A stretch of DNA of 64,000 nucleotides from Oceanispirochaeta sp. Lineage in GTDB: Bacteria > Spirochaetota > Spirochaetia > DSM-2461. Under the pieces are notes generated by a model, which saw only the letters and a list, made by a program, of their open reading frames with translations, was not told the DNA's origin and did no database searches. The position numbers and the translations under genes are program-made. The stretch is taken from NCBI GenBank assembly GCA_963663385.2, contig CAXXXD010000003.1, positions 1,376,001-1,440,000 of the forward strand, given 5' to 3'. Positions 18,015-28,316 of this stretch are shown here, piece by piece. Numbering within the stretch: position 1 is the stretch's first letter; every line of letters starts with the position of its first letter.

Positions 18015-19173
18015 TGCAGTACCCCGTGTCTATAGCTTCGATCAGTCCTATCAATTGTGCCAATCCTTTTTTGATCGGATCTATCTGTATGGCTTCATCC
18101 AGTTCACCCAGTTTTTCGCCGTTTGTTAAACCGATAGTAACAGCAGGGATCTGTTTATCGATAAAAGCGGAAAGCTCCGAAGTACTGGGAGACGACCGTG
18201 GTTTATACCCCAGATTATCCAGAATGGCACGGCTTGTAGTATTGAGAGGGTGCGAAAACGGAGTCCCGCCAGGTGCCCGTCTTGCCATCTCTTTAAATTC
18301 AACTATCGCCCCCGTCATAGAGGTCATCTCCTCTGCCAGGGAATGAATTTTGCTGGCCAGCTCAGTTACCATCTCCTCTGATTCACTTCTGATCTCAAAC
18401 AGCAGCTCCGCTTTGGTCGGAATCGTATTGTAGGATTTTCCTCCCTGAATCGAACCAAGGATAATGTTAGTTTTTGGTTTACGGGGAAGAGGTATTTCAA
18501 GTATCTTATTGATCAGTTCATTCATATTGACTATGGCACCAACCGCATTAAATCGGGTCCAGTCATACTCTTCAGGTACTTCATATGTCAATTTTCCTCT
18601 CAGCATCCCGATAGAAGAGTAACTGAGACGCCCCAGTTTAACACCTTCAACGCAGACACCGGCAGTTATTGGTTTCTTATAATTATCCATAAAAAACCTT
18701 AGCCCTTCGATATCCCCATGGCCGAGGCTTCTGGAAGAACCCATTAAAATCAGATTGGATTCAAAGTGGATATTAAGCTTTTCCAGAATCATGGGAAGTG
18801 TTGCCAATGCAGCCAAACCGAGTCCGTCGTCACCTACACCCGGTCCGATTACCATATCAGGCTGGACAGTAATCGTATGATCGACACTGAACGGAAATAT
18901 AGTATCCAGATGGGCTACAACCAGAATGTTACTATCCCGTGATTTTCCGGGAATGATACCAAGAGCATTCCCTTTTTCATCTTCAGAACAATTCTGTAAG
19001 TTATATTCGGTAAACCTGTTTAAAAGGAATTGCGTCCTTTCCTGTTCACCAAAAGTCGGTGCGGGAATTTCACTGATCATAATAAGGTTAGTAATTATAC
19101 TCTCTTTGAAATTTTCCAGTTCTGATTCGTAAATAGGCAATTTTTCCAGGATTTCATTACAAACTCTGTTCAT
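18004..19173 (-). CDS. M20/M25/M40 peptidase-fold protein, apparently catalytically degenerate
   Basis: IPAPTF.E, DEKGN, AHLDT, GPGVGDD and dimerisation domain IQGG..NTIP are present. The EE motif and C-terminal His are absent. Confidence 0.8.
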   Translation of the reverse strand: MNRVCNEILEKLPIYESELENFKESIITNLIMISEIPAPTFGEQERTQFLLNRFTEYNLQNCSEDEKGNALGIIPGKSRDSNILVVAHLDTIFPFSVDHTITVQPDMVIGPGVGDDGLGLAALATLPMILEKLNIHFESNLILMGSSRSLGHGDIEGLRFFMDNYKKPITAGVCVEGVKLGRLSYSSIGMLRGKLTYEVPEEYDWTRFNAVGAIVNMNELINKILEIPLPRKPKTNIILGSIQGGKSYNTIPTKAELLFEIRSESEEMVTELASKIHSLAEEMTSMTGAIVEFKEMARRAPGGTPFSHPLNTTSRAILDNLGYKPRSSPSTSELSAFIDKQIPAVTIGLTNGEKLGELDEAIQIDPIKKGLAQLIGLIEAIDTGYCSEN

Positions 19174-19389
19174 TTTATTTTCCTGATATTTGATTGGATA
19201 TTTAATATTATAGGCAATGTATCCTGTTCTGCAATGTCAGTTTAAAAAAAAATGATTCTCAGATTACAGGATCTCCGAGTGGTAATTTATTTATTGAAAT
19301 AAACTGATTGTAGCATTCTCCGATTTTATTTATAATCATTACTGTATGGATTTGAGTTAATCCAGAGTTTTTGATTGCAGGAGAGAAGA

Positions 19390-20703
19390 GTGAATAAAAA
19401 GCTTGATTTCAGAATTAAAACAATAGGAGAATGCAAGATAAAGTCCCCTATGCCATTTTCAAACATACAGGGTGACAATATAGCTAACTTTGTTCGGGAT
19501 GATCAGTATGTACTTCACTCAGTGATTCACGGTGATAACCAGAACAAGAAAGAACTTTATGAATATGCTCTGGAAATGGCCGGCCCCAGAGAGAATATAT
19601 TCTTTAATCCGGGTCACGCACATGCCGGAATAGTTACCTGCGGCGGTTTATGCCCTGGTTTGAACAACGTTATCCGTGCTATCGTTCGAACCTTGTGGCT
19701 GCGATATAATGTCAAAAGGATTTCCGGCATCCAGTATGGCTACAAGGGATTCCTGCCTGAATACAATATGCCTACAAAAAAACTTGATCCGGATATTGTG
19801 GATGATATTCATAATATGGGAGGCTCCATACTAGGATCAGCCCGAGGCGGTTCGGATGTTATCAGAATAGTTGATGCGCTTGAACAGCTTAATATGAATA
19901 TGCTGTTTACTATCGGCGGAGACGGTACACAGCGTTGCGCCCTTGAACTTACCGAAGAAATTGAAAAAAGGGGACTTAGGATTTCCATTGTCGGCATTCC
20001 TAAAACAATCGATAATGATTTGAGCTTTATTGATAAATCTTTTGGCTTTGATACAGCTGTATTCAAAGCTGAACAGGCTGTTCATGCCGCTCACGTTGAA
20101 GCGAAGTCTGCCATTGACGGAATTGGGCTGGTAAAGGTTATGGGAAGAGAATCCGGTTTTATTGCCGCCCATACAACCCTTGCCACCAGTGATGTAAACT
20201 TCTGTCTGATCCCTGAAGTACCCTTTACCCTGGAGGGAGAAAACGGCTTGCTTAATTCAATAAAGAGAAGATTGGATATGCGACAACATGCGGTTGTTTT
20301 GGTAGCTGAGGGCGCCGGCCAGGAGCTTTTGGAAAAAATTGATGCAACAGACGAGAGCGGCAATAAAAGACTATCTGATATTGGAACGTACCTGAGAGAC
20401 GCGATCACGGAACACTTCAAAAAAATCGGACACGAATCAAGTCTCAAATATATAGATCCCAGCTATATGATCAGGGCGTCTGCAGCAACTCCTAACGATG
20501 CACTCTATTGTGCCCGTCTGGGTGCGAACGCTGTACATGGAGCCATGGCTGGCCGTACAGGAATGCTTATATCCGAATGGAATAATACTTTCGTACATGT
20601 TCCCATTCAAATGGCTGTTTCTAAAAAGAATAAGGTCGACCCGGAAAGCCCCTTATGGAGAGATGTTCTGGAAACGACTCAGCAGCCCATTGTAATGAAG
20701 TAA
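19390..20703 (+). CDS. pfkA: ATP-dependent 6-phosphofructokinase (group X type)
   Basis: TCGGLCPGLN, GGSILGS, IGGDGT (Gly indicates ATP type), PKTIDND, MGRESG, KYIDPSY.IR; GTG start after an AGGAG SD. Confidence 0.9.
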   Translation: MNKKLDFRIKTIGECKIKSPMPFSNIQGDNIANFVRDDQYVLHSVIHGDNQNKKELYEYALEMAGPRENIFFNPGHAHAGIVTCGGLCPGLNNVIRAIVRTLWLRYNVKRISGIQYGYKGFLPEYNMPTKKLDPDIVDDIHNMGGSILGSARGGSDVIRIVDALEQLNMNMLFTIGGDGTQRCALELTEEIEKRGLRISIVGIPKTIDNDLSFIDKSFGFDTAVFKAEQAVHAAHVEAKSAIDGIGLVKVMGRESGFIAAHTTLATSDVNFCLIPEVPFTLEGENGLLNSIKRRLDMRQHAVVLVAEGAGQELLEKIDATDESGNKRLSDIGTYLRDAITEHFKKIGHESSLKYIDPSYMIRASAATPNDALYCARLGANAVHGAMAGRTGMLISEWNNTFVHVPIQMAVSKKNKVDPESPLWRDVLETTQQPIVMK

Positions 20704-20726
20704 TTCCTTCTATTCAGGCCCGGCAG

Positions 20727-20772
20727 AGCTATTGAGGCAGTTAGAAAATTAACGGCTTCAATAGCTTTTTTT
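20727..20772 (+). terminator. Intrinsic terminator of pfk
   Basis: agctattgaggc...gcttcaatagct stem followed by a T-run. Confidence 0.75.
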
Positions 20773-20794
20773 CAGCCTTACTAGCTTGAAAATT

Positions 20795-20825
20795 AAAAAA
20801 GGGATTGCAGTGCAATCCCTTTTTT
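20795..20825 (-). terminator. Intrinsic terminator of greA (bidirectional form)
   Basis: aaaaaagggattgca-g-tgcaatccctttttt perfect inverted repeat with A/T tails. Confidence 0.85.
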
Positions 20826-20849
20826 GATGGATATTTCCTTATAAGCAGG

Positions 20850-23540
20850 TTAAACCATATCAGATTTCTCAATAGAGAGCACTTTGTATTTATAGTCCTT
20901 TTCGTTAATTGTAAACTTGATTTTCCCATTCTTTTTAGTGCCGTACAGAGCATTACCAAAAGGAGAGATGTAGGAGATCACATTATTTGAAGGATCGGAT
21001 TCCCATGGTCCGAGAATGGTGAATATTTCTTCTTCATTAGTGATTTCATTGCTAAGTGTGATTTTAGTACCGAAAGAAACTTTCTTGAGATCAATATTCC
21101 TGGGATCAAATATCTTTGCTTTCTCAATGCCTTCCTTCAATTTTCCAACCTGAATATTAAGAGCTTCCTGCTTCTCTTTACCTGCCTTATACTCGGCATT
21201 TTCCTTCAAGTCCCCCATTTCTATAGCAATACCGATCTCCTTAGAGTTCTGCGGTACTTCAACATCAAGGATATGCTTGAGTTCTTTCTGTTTGGCTCGC
21301 ATACTTGATTCGAGAACAATAAGCGACCTTGTCCCGGCTGTAACAGGAGTCTCTTCAGCTTCTCCCAGGAACTTAATATTGGGATATTTTTCTTTAATTT
21401 TCTGACGGAGATTAAGTTTTACAGAAACATCAAGTTCTTTAACATCCTGAAGCAGGGTAAACAGACGACTGACAGTATCTTCATCCCCACTGAGAATAAA
21501 AGACTCAAGGCGTTCTTCCTTAAATAAGTATACCTGTATAGCCCTGTTGATTTTTTTGTTCTCGGTTACATCTTTTTTATTGCTGATATCGCGGAATGTG
21601 ATATCCAGAAGATGAATCATATTGATCAGGATTTTTTCATACTGAACAGCCAGCTTATCAAACCAGGGTTCTTCTACTGCATTACGGGCGATCCACAGGA
21701 AAGCTTCCCGAAATTCTCTGTAATGGGCCATAATATCCTGAAGTTTATCCTTAACCAGATCGTCATGGCCTTTATGAATCAGTTCTTCAATTATGCTCTT
21801 GTTCAAATAGTAGGGGAACAGCTGAATATAGTAATTCTGCCATCCCTCTATATTCCTTTTAATCTCGACAAGAAATTCCTTTTTCAGATCAGCATACTGA
21901 ATACTGCTAAACAGCTCTTCCAGATTCTCAATATCATCAAAAAGTTCCTTAAAGCCATATGTAAGCCCGGGATTAAGAAAAGGATAAATCTGAATTATTT
22001 TATTAATAAAAAGATAACTGCAAACGACCTGCTCATTAACATTAGCTGCTTTGAGGAAAGAAGTAAAATAAAGAAACATCTCTGCAAAATAATCAGAATC
22101 AGGATCAGATTCTCTCAGAAAATCCTGAATAGTCTGGTAACGGTCAAAGAAGTTACTTTCTGCCTTGAATTTATTGAAAGTCTTTTCCTCAAATGTAATG
22201 GGCTTATCCCTAACCATAAAAAGATCGAGTTTTTCAGGCATATTACCGAAGTCTGCATCTGTTTTTAAAATGCGTCGGGCCTCGGTACTCCAGCTGGACC
22301 ATTCGCTCTGTGTCAGAATGGAGGGAACAAGTTCCGCCTTCATACGCTTCATATCCGCACAGTTATCAAAGCTGCGAATTACTGTTTTTAGAGTCCAGGG
22401 GATATCTGATTTAACTTTTTTATGGAGTTTTTCTTTGGCTACAACGCTTTTAAGAACCCAGATATGGTTTTTTGTCAAACTGATAAGAGCATTAACAGCC
22501 ATTTTCAGTGACATGGAATGATCGCGTTTATCAGAGAAATCGATGGTTATGTTGTCACCCTTAATAGAGCGTATTACACCGACACCCCAGGTTTTATGGA
22601 ATACAAAATTACCTGCATCGTAGGAAATATGTTTTTCAAAATCCGATATGGCTTCACTTATATTTCTCCAGCTCTGATTCAGATTGGAGAGCTTGATATA
22701 CTCTTCCAGCTGACTATGGCCTTCATACTTTTTTCTGTAACAGTTTACAATCTCTTTTCTGGCCCAGGGGTTCTTGGGATCATATTGAAGGATTCGTTTC
22801 AGTGTATCAATGGCTACATCCCAGTTGGAAGTTTCGACTATGGCGGGGTAAAGATCCTCCAGAAGCATGGTAGATCTTTCAGGAGACATGATTTTGGAGA
22901 TTTTCTTGTCGATCAGCTGAAAAAACTCCAGATCATCAATATTCAGTTCAATCAATTTGCCCCAGATATCTTTTACATTGGAAAAAAGGTTTTTATTTAT
23001 ATACCGGTGAATAGCTTTTTTATAGTAATTAACAGCCTCGGTCGTATTACCTTCATTTTCTTTCTTTTCTGCCAGTTTTTTTACAATATCCGCTTCGGTG
23101 TAATCGATCTTGATCAGACGTTCCCAAACATCGAAAACTTCACCATCCCTTTCGGAATTGGAATAGCACTCGGCAAGAACGCGCAGGGCCATCTTGTTCT
23201 CACCAAACTGAAGTATCCGGTTGCTGAGATATTCCACAATAATCCATTTATGATTCCCGGAGAATATATTGATAAGCTCCACTAAATGAGAATCATCTAT
23301 CAACTGTTTATTCAGGGAAATTATTCCGGACATATAAAGAGCTATTATACTATTCTTGGAATGATCCAGATGTTCTTCGCACAAATCCTGGATTTCATCC
23401 TGAACCTCGGAATTCAAGATTTCATCAATGGTTTCATCCAGTTCCTTGAAATTATTAATTGTATAATTGCCCAGGGTGGCACGTGTCCATTTTTCTTCAT
23501 TCAACAAATCGTTAATCTTATTGATAATTTCTTCTGACAT
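20850..23540 (-). CDS. greA: Transcription elongation factor GreA, long form with an N-terminal TPR-like extension
   Basis: C-terminal GDLKENAEYKA, VSFGT, TILGPWESDP...ISY.SP.G; about 730-aa helical N-terminal extension. Confidence 0.9.
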   Translation of the reverse strand: MSEEIINKINDLLNEEKWTRATLGNYTINNFKELDETIDEILNSEVQDEIQDLCEEHLDHSKNSIIALYMSGIISLNKQLIDDSHLVELINIFSGNHKWIIVEYLSNRILQFGENKMALRVLAECYSNSERDGEVFDVWERLIKIDYTEADIVKKLAEKKENEGNTTEAVNYYKKAIHRYINKNLFSNVKDIWGKLIELNIDDLEFFQLIDKKISKIMSPERSTMLLEDLYPAIVETSNWDVAIDTLKRILQYDPKNPWARKEIVNCYRKKYEGHSQLEEYIKLSNLNQSWRNISEAISDFEKHISYDAGNFVFHKTWGVGVIRSIKGDNITIDFSDKRDHSMSLKMAVNALISLTKNHIWVLKSVVAKEKLHKKVKSDIPWTLKTVIRSFDNCADMKRMKAELVPSILTQSEWSSWSTEARRILKTDADFGNMPEKLDLFMVRDKPITFEEKTFNKFKAESNFFDRYQTIQDFLRESDPDSDYFAEMFLYFTSFLKAANVNEQVVCSYLFINKIIQIYPFLNPGLTYGFKELFDDIENLEELFSSIQYADLKKEFLVEIKRNIEGWQNYYIQLFPYYLNKSIIEELIHKGHDDLVKDKLQDIMAHYREFREAFLWIARNAVEEPWFDKLAVQYEKILINMIHLLDITFRDISNKKDVTENKKINRAIQVYLFKEERLESFILSGDEDTVSRLFTLLQDVKELDVSVKLNLRQKIKEKYPNIKFLGEAEETPVTAGTRSLIVLESSMRAKQKELKHILDVEVPQNSKEIGIAIEMGDLKENAEYKAGKEKQEALNIQVGKLKEGIEKAKIFDPRNIDLKKVSFGTKITLSNEITNEEEIFTILGPWESDPSNNVISYISPFGNALYGTKKNGKIKFTINEKDYKYKVLSIEKSDMV

Positions 23541-23561
23541 AAATTTAAATACTCCCCAAAA

Positions 23562-24503
23562 TCAGTTGATGTACTGTTGGTAAATTGACGGGCTCAACAA
23601 CTTTATATTCATAAGCACTTCGTCAATCGTACTTCTATCTTCTTTTACACTTATATAATGATCTATAAGCCAAAAATACTTATTAATTAAACGGGGTACC
23701 AACACCTCGTTATCACTATTCTGCCTGATATCGCTTTGCAGTGAATAGATGGACTGCCTCAGTTTACCATACTCTATCGGCCGAAGCTCTCTTTTCACAT
23801 TAAAGACACCGTATAAAACGGCATAAACAGGCAGCCATTCATTCAGCATCCCACCGGTAATCCCGGTCATGCCGACCTTATTGATGACCTTCCGGATTAA
23901 CCCGGACTCAAGCCTGGTCAGGTCAATTTCCTGAGGATCAATAAAAAACGCCTCCCGGAAAAAGATCTTTGCCCCTTTCATCTCATCCATCAGGGCATAA
24001 GTATCCGCAAGTTCAGCAAGAACCAGTGGATTATCTTTATTAATCCTCGCCCCTTTTTCAAGGATACCAGCAGCTTTTTCATAGTTTCCAAGGACCTTAT
24101 TACAGCGTCCTATCCTCAAACACAATTCCTGATCATCCAGTTCCTCATGGTGAAGTTGCTGGTAAAAAATCAGTCCTTCCGAATGAACCATATATTTTAA
24201 GGCTTGAAGGCCTTTTTCTATCTGTTCGGAGCTTCTGTTTTTAACCCATAATAAAAACTGATCCCATTGATTCAACAGGTAATCGCCTTTTTCATAAGGA
24301 CTAGCCAGATCTTCAAGCCTGGCCCAGCGCTCTTTCCAAAACCGCAGCATACGAAACAACTCACTAACTTCAACCGAATCAAAATCAACTGAATATGCTT
24401 CATCGAGAAGAGAAAGGGCCTTATCCAGATCCCTTTTGGCTGCATATCGGCAGACCTCTTCAAGGTACTGTTCAATTTCCATTTTTTCCTGATTTACGCT
24501 CAT
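23562..24503 (-). CDS. TPR protein, probably co-transcribed with greA
   Basis: TPR-like repeats (IGRCNKVLGNYEKA, LAELADTYALM..AK.FFREA); ends 21 nt before greA. Confidence 0.75.
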   Translation of the reverse strand: MSVNQEKMEIEQYLEEVCRYAAKRDLDKALSLLDEAYSVDFDSVEVSELFRMLRFWKERWARLEDLASPYEKGDYLLNQWDQFLLWVKNRSSEQIEKGLQALKYMVHSEGLIFYQQLHHEELDDQELCLRIGRCNKVLGNYEKAAGILEKGARINKDNPLVLAELADTYALMDEMKGAKIFFREAFFIDPQEIDLTRLESGLIRKVINKVGMTGITGGMLNEWLPVYAVLYGVFNVKRELRPIEYGKLRQSIYSLQSDIRQNSDNEVLVPRLINKYFWLIDHYISVKEDRSTIDEVLMNIKLLSPSIYQQYIN

Positions 24504-24679
24504 AAGATTTTATTCAGTACCATCCGGCGAATTTATTACTGCATCTTTCTTATTATACATTTAGCTTAACTTTGGTCAACAAAGGAAATGCAGTTGATTT
24601 TAGAATATTTCGAATTGAAGAGTATGCCGGAGGATAGAAACTTATTCACAAAATGATTCAAGTAATATAATCTGGTAAT

Positions 24680-25339
24680 ATGAAAAAGAATATTATATGC
24701 GCCCCATCGGTTCTGGCTTCAGATTTCACCAGAATCGGAGAAGAAGTAGAGCTGATCAAACAATCCGGATCAGAGTGGATTCATTTGGATGTAATGGATG
24801 GTGTCTTCGTTCCCGAAATAACTTTCGGAGCCCAAATGGTCAGCCATATCAGAAAAGTATCAGATTTAATTCTGGATGTTCACCTTATGATCGAAAAGCC
24901 GGAAAATCAGATACCACTTTTTCTTAAAGCAGGAGCCGACTATATTACATTTCATACAGAAGCCGTAACACATGCCAACAGACTGGTACAGGTAATTAAG
25001 GAAGGAGGTGCTAAAGCAGGAATATCCCTTGTTCCATCCACACCCGTATCCATAATTGAAGAACTCCTGCCTTTTGTGGATCAGATACTGATAATGACAG
25101 TTAATCCGGGTTACGGCGGCCAGAAGCTTATTCCCCAATGCCTAGACAAGGTTAAAATTCTTGATAGCCTGAAAAGGAAAAAAGGATATAACTATATTAT
25201 ATCCGTGGACGGGGGCATCAACAGATCGACCATATCCGATGCAATAGATTCCGGCATTGATGCCTTTGTAGCAGGCTCAGCCTTTTTTGGTTCTGCTAAC
25301 CCGGCAGAAGAAGTCGCTTTCATGAAAAACTGCCGCTAG
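24680..25339 (+). CDS. rpe: Ribulose-phosphate 3-epimerase
   Basis: APSVL, HLDVMDG.FVP.ITFG, DVHLM, MTVNPGYGGQ, VDGGI, VAGSA. Confidence 0.96.
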   Translation: MKKNIICAPSVLASDFTRIGEEVELIKQSGSEWIHLDVMDGVFVPEITFGAQMVSHIRKVSDLILDVHLMIEKPENQIPLFLKAGADYITFHTEAVTHANRLVQVIKEGGAKAGISLVPSTPVSIIEELLPFVDQILIMTVNPGYGGQKLIPQCLDKVKILDSLKRKKGYNYIISVDGGINRSTISDAIDSGIDAFVAGSAFFGSANPAEEVAFMKNCR

Positions 25340-25404
25340 GGTCCGGTTTTTCATTTTATTTATAGCTCTGTCAGGCCGATTAGAGATATGAGAGGTAATG
25401 TCTG

Positions 25405-26223
25405 ATGAATTGGAAAAAGCTTCGAACGATCTGCCTGACAGCTATGCTGATATCAATGTTCTCCTTTACGCTATCCGCTCAATCCCTGGAGGATGAGTAC
25501 CTTTACGGGCTGGATTTGTTTAAGGAGGCGAAATATCAACAGGCATCACGTTTATTCAAAACAGTTCTCTTCGATTTGGATTCATCTTCCCTTTACGGGA
25601 ATGCCGCTTACTGGCTTTCCAGAACCTATATCGAGATGAAACATTACGCGGCAGCCAGTGAAATTATGGAAGAATTCCTTCTTAATTACCCCGACAACGA
25701 ATACAATATGGAGGGACAGTACTACAAGGGGAGGCTTCTCTATCTTGAAGCTGAGTACGACAGTGCCATTCACTATTTTTCATCTTTCATAACAGCAAAT
25801 TCTGTTAACAATCCCTATATTACAAACAGCCTTTTCTGGATCGGGGAATCTCTCTACAGCCTGGGCAGATTTGAAGAAGCCGAGGAAATCTATATTAAGA
25901 TTGTTAACGAATACCCCACAAACGTAAAAGTGGAAGCTTCAAAATATAAAATATCATTGATTGAATATAAGTACAGGGAAGAGGAGCTGCTGAAACTTCT
26001 GCAGTGGAGTCATGAAGAGTTTCTGAAAAGTTCCAGCGAGTACGAAAAAAAGGAAAAAGAATTCAATCAGGCATTAAAGGTTTATCAGGATAAACTGAAA
26101 GAACTGACAATGACCCGTGAAATCTACGAAAACAGATTAACCCTCCTCGATATTAAGGATGAAGCTCTTAAAATCAAGGAAAAGCTTATATATATGAGTT
26201 TGAGCGAGGCAGACAATGAATAG
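25405..26223 (+). CDS. Secreted TPR protein (CpoB/BamD-like repeats) with a C-terminal coiled coil
   Basis: Signal peptide; NAAYWL, YP.N, SLFWIGESLY.LG, I..EYP repeats. Confidence 0.7.
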   Translation: MNWKKLRTICLTAMLISMFSFTLSAQSLEDEYLYGLDLFKEAKYQQASRLFKTVLFDLDSSSLYGNAAYWLSRTYIEMKHYAAASEIMEEFLLNYPDNEYNMEGQYYKGRLLYLEAEYDSAIHYFSSFITANSVNNPYITNSLFWIGESLYSLGRFEEAEEIYIKIVNEYPTNVKVEASKYKISLIEYKYREEELLKLLQWSHEEFLKSSSEYEKKEKEFNQALKVYQDKLKELTMTREIYENRLTLLDIKDEALKIKEKLIYMSLSEADNE

Positions 26224-27241
26224 AACTTTAAGCTGTCTGATTTTTTCACTACTGGTAGTCCTTCCTTTTTTTGGTGCAGAACAGAAGGATAACAACTATA
26301 ATCTTTCCTTTGACGAGGAAAAAGCTGTCTGGGAGATGCACTATAGTTATAAAGGTAAACTCTACTCCCTTTTTGAGAACCGCGACCCGGGAACCTCCTA
26401 CATGACAGTAAAGCTGAATGACAGAACGTACAGGCTTCAAAAAAGTGCTTTCTTCAATCAGCACCTTGAGGAATACCCCGGATTGATAATCCTCCACTGG
26501 AGCAACAAAATACTGCATGTAACTCAATCTATCCAGGTAGACCATCAGATTAAGGGATTCAGAGTGAATATTTCCGTCAGAAATCTTTCCAAGAACTACC
26601 TGTCAATCGGATTAAAACAGATCATTGATATTTTCAACAATACCAAAGGCCCCGACTTCCTGATAGATGGAGACAAACCGGTAGATTCAGAGAAAAGCTG
26701 GTCTGACGGCGACATTCCCGCCTACTGGGAAACGCCCCCTGCAGAAAATAGTGATTTCCGTTTATCTTTTACTCCATTTGGAGACAGGAAGCCGGATCAG
26801 ATAATTTTCTCCAACTGGAAAAGGCTGAGTGATTCCGACTGGGATTTCAACATACGGGAGGGGAGGGATTTTTCTCTGTTACCTTATTCAATTGATGATT
26901 CTGCCGCCGGCATTTATTACAACCCTGTATCGATTCCTCCCGGCACAGAAATTTCAGTACAGTTCGCTCTGACAGCGGGCGGTCCAGCATTAACCCTTCT
27001 CGATAATGATCTGGAACCGGAAAAGGAAATATCAATTCCCAAAGCTGTGCCTGTATCGGAAAAAAGCCTTATCCTCAATTATTCCTTTCAGTACGATCTG
27101 GAAATGATCGATGAATTTATTAATGAGATAAACACTCTTCTACAGTTGGAGAATCCGGTTTACAATACACAGATTGAATACTATCTGGGGGAACTGGAAA
27201 AACTGAAGCAGAAACTTTCTCACTATGAAGATATACAATAA
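26216..27241 (+). CDS. Hypothetical secreted protein
   Basis: Signal peptide and beta-rich sequence; overlaps both neighbouring genes. Confidence 0.65.
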   Translation: MNRTLSCLIFSLLVVLPFFGAEQKDNNYNLSFDEEKAVWEMHYSYKGKLYSLFENRDPGTSYMTVKLNDRTYRLQKSAFFNQHLEEYPGLIILHWSNKILHVTQSIQVDHQIKGFRVNISVRNLSKNYLSIGLKQIIDIFNNTKGPDFLIDGDKPVDSEKSWSDGDIPAYWETPPAENSDFRLSFTPFGDRKPDQIIFSNWKRLSDSDWDFNIREGRDFSLLPYSIDDSAAGIYYNPVSIPPGTEISVQFALTAGGPALTLLDNDLEPEKEISIPKAVPVSEKSLILNYSFQYDLEMIDEFINEINTLLQLENPVYNTQIEYYLGELEKLKQKLSHYEDIQ

Positions 27242-28316
27242 AACCTTAAAAAAAGCTCATAATTATCTCAAATCCGGACAATTCAGCAGGGTTATTTCCC
27301 TGCTGGAACCCAAGGTGCCTCTATTTATAGAAAATTATCATTTTTACTACCTGCTGGGTGTTTCCTGTTTTTATTCCGGTGATATCGGTGGTGCGGAAAC
27401 CTATCTAAAGCGAGCCATTCAGGTTAACAGAAAAGCGGAAGAACCCCGCCTGTTTCTTGCCTCTGTATATTTAAAGAAAAAAGATACCACAGAAGCTGTT
27501 AGAATCTGGCTGGGACTGCTTGATTTGAACCCCGCCTGTAAAAAAGCAAAAAAGGGACTGAACAGGATCCGCAGGATATCAGACCAGGAGCTGCTTAATA
27601 CATTTCTGGACAAGGGAAGTTTCAGTTTTATTCTTCCCCGGACAAAAAGATGGCTGCCCGGATGGGTTCCTTTAGCTCTCGCACTGCTTTTTACTCTGAT
27701 CGTTCTCTACCTTTCATCCTCACAATGGTTCCCGCTGCTGAACAGTTATCAAAAGCCGAACAGGGAGAATCTTCCGTATCTTTATAAGGAGATAACAGAT
27801 GATGGAATCAAAAGTAACACTGCTTTTCAATATGAATTTGTATTAACAGAAGATGAAATAAAAAAGTCTCTTAAACTGGCACAGCAGCTGTTTGATGATT
27901 TCAGAGACAATGAAGCAAGAAAAGAGATTAATCGCCTGAAAAAGTCAAATGCAGGAGAACAGGTTAAATTAAAAGCACAGATGCTGGAAAGCTATCTTAA
28001 AGAACCGGATATAACAACTCTGAAGAGCCACTTCACCTATGAAGAGATCATCCGGACTCCCCATCTATATGAAAACTGTTCCATCCTCTGGAAGGGCAGA
28101 TTCTCCAATCTGTCCTGCACGGATGAAAAGATTGAGTTTGATTTCCTGATAGGATACGAGGATTCGAAAGTACTGAAGGGAATTGTTCCGGTTACAGTTA
28201 ATTATCCAGTATCCCTTGATCCGTCCTATCCTCTGGAACTATTGGGCACAGTTGAAGTTCTACCCGACAATTCAATTCGCTTGCATGCCGTAGCAGTTCA
28301 TAATATTATTGAATAA
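27225..28316 (+). CDS. TPR membrane protein
   Basis: N-terminal TPRs (YYLLGVSC..GD.GGA..YL.RA), central TM helix, C-terminal beta domain. Confidence 0.7.
   Translation: MKIYNKTLKKAHNYLKSGQFSRVISLLEPKVPLFIENYHFYYLLGVSCFYSGDIGGAETYLKRAIQVNRKAEEPRLFLASVYLKKKDTTEAVRIWLGLLDLNPACKKAKKGLNRIRRISDQELLNTFLDKGSFSFILPRTKRWLPGWVPLALALLFTLIVLYLSSSQWFPLLNSYQKPNRENLPYLYKEITDDGIKSNTAFQYEFVLTEDEIKKSLKLAQQLFDDFRDNEARKEINRLKKSNAGEQVKLKAQMLESYLKEPDITTLKSHFTYEEIIRTPHLYENCSILWKGRFSNLSCTDEKIEFDFLIGYEDSKVLKGIVPVTVNYPVSLDPSYPLELLGTVEVLPDNSIRLHAVAVHNIIE

Noticed and set aside
21612..23537. Long + strand ORFs (218, 255 and 83 aa) opposite greA, and similar antisense ORFs opposite recA, rpoD, dnaG and the cyclase
   Set aside because: They lie fully antisense to well-supported genes and have no motifs, as expected from codon-bias shadows.
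25356..25382. Possible sigma28 promoter (GCCGATTA) upstream of the TPR gene at 25405
   Set aside because: The -10 match is good, but the -35 position reads TTAT rather than TAAA, which is too weak to call.
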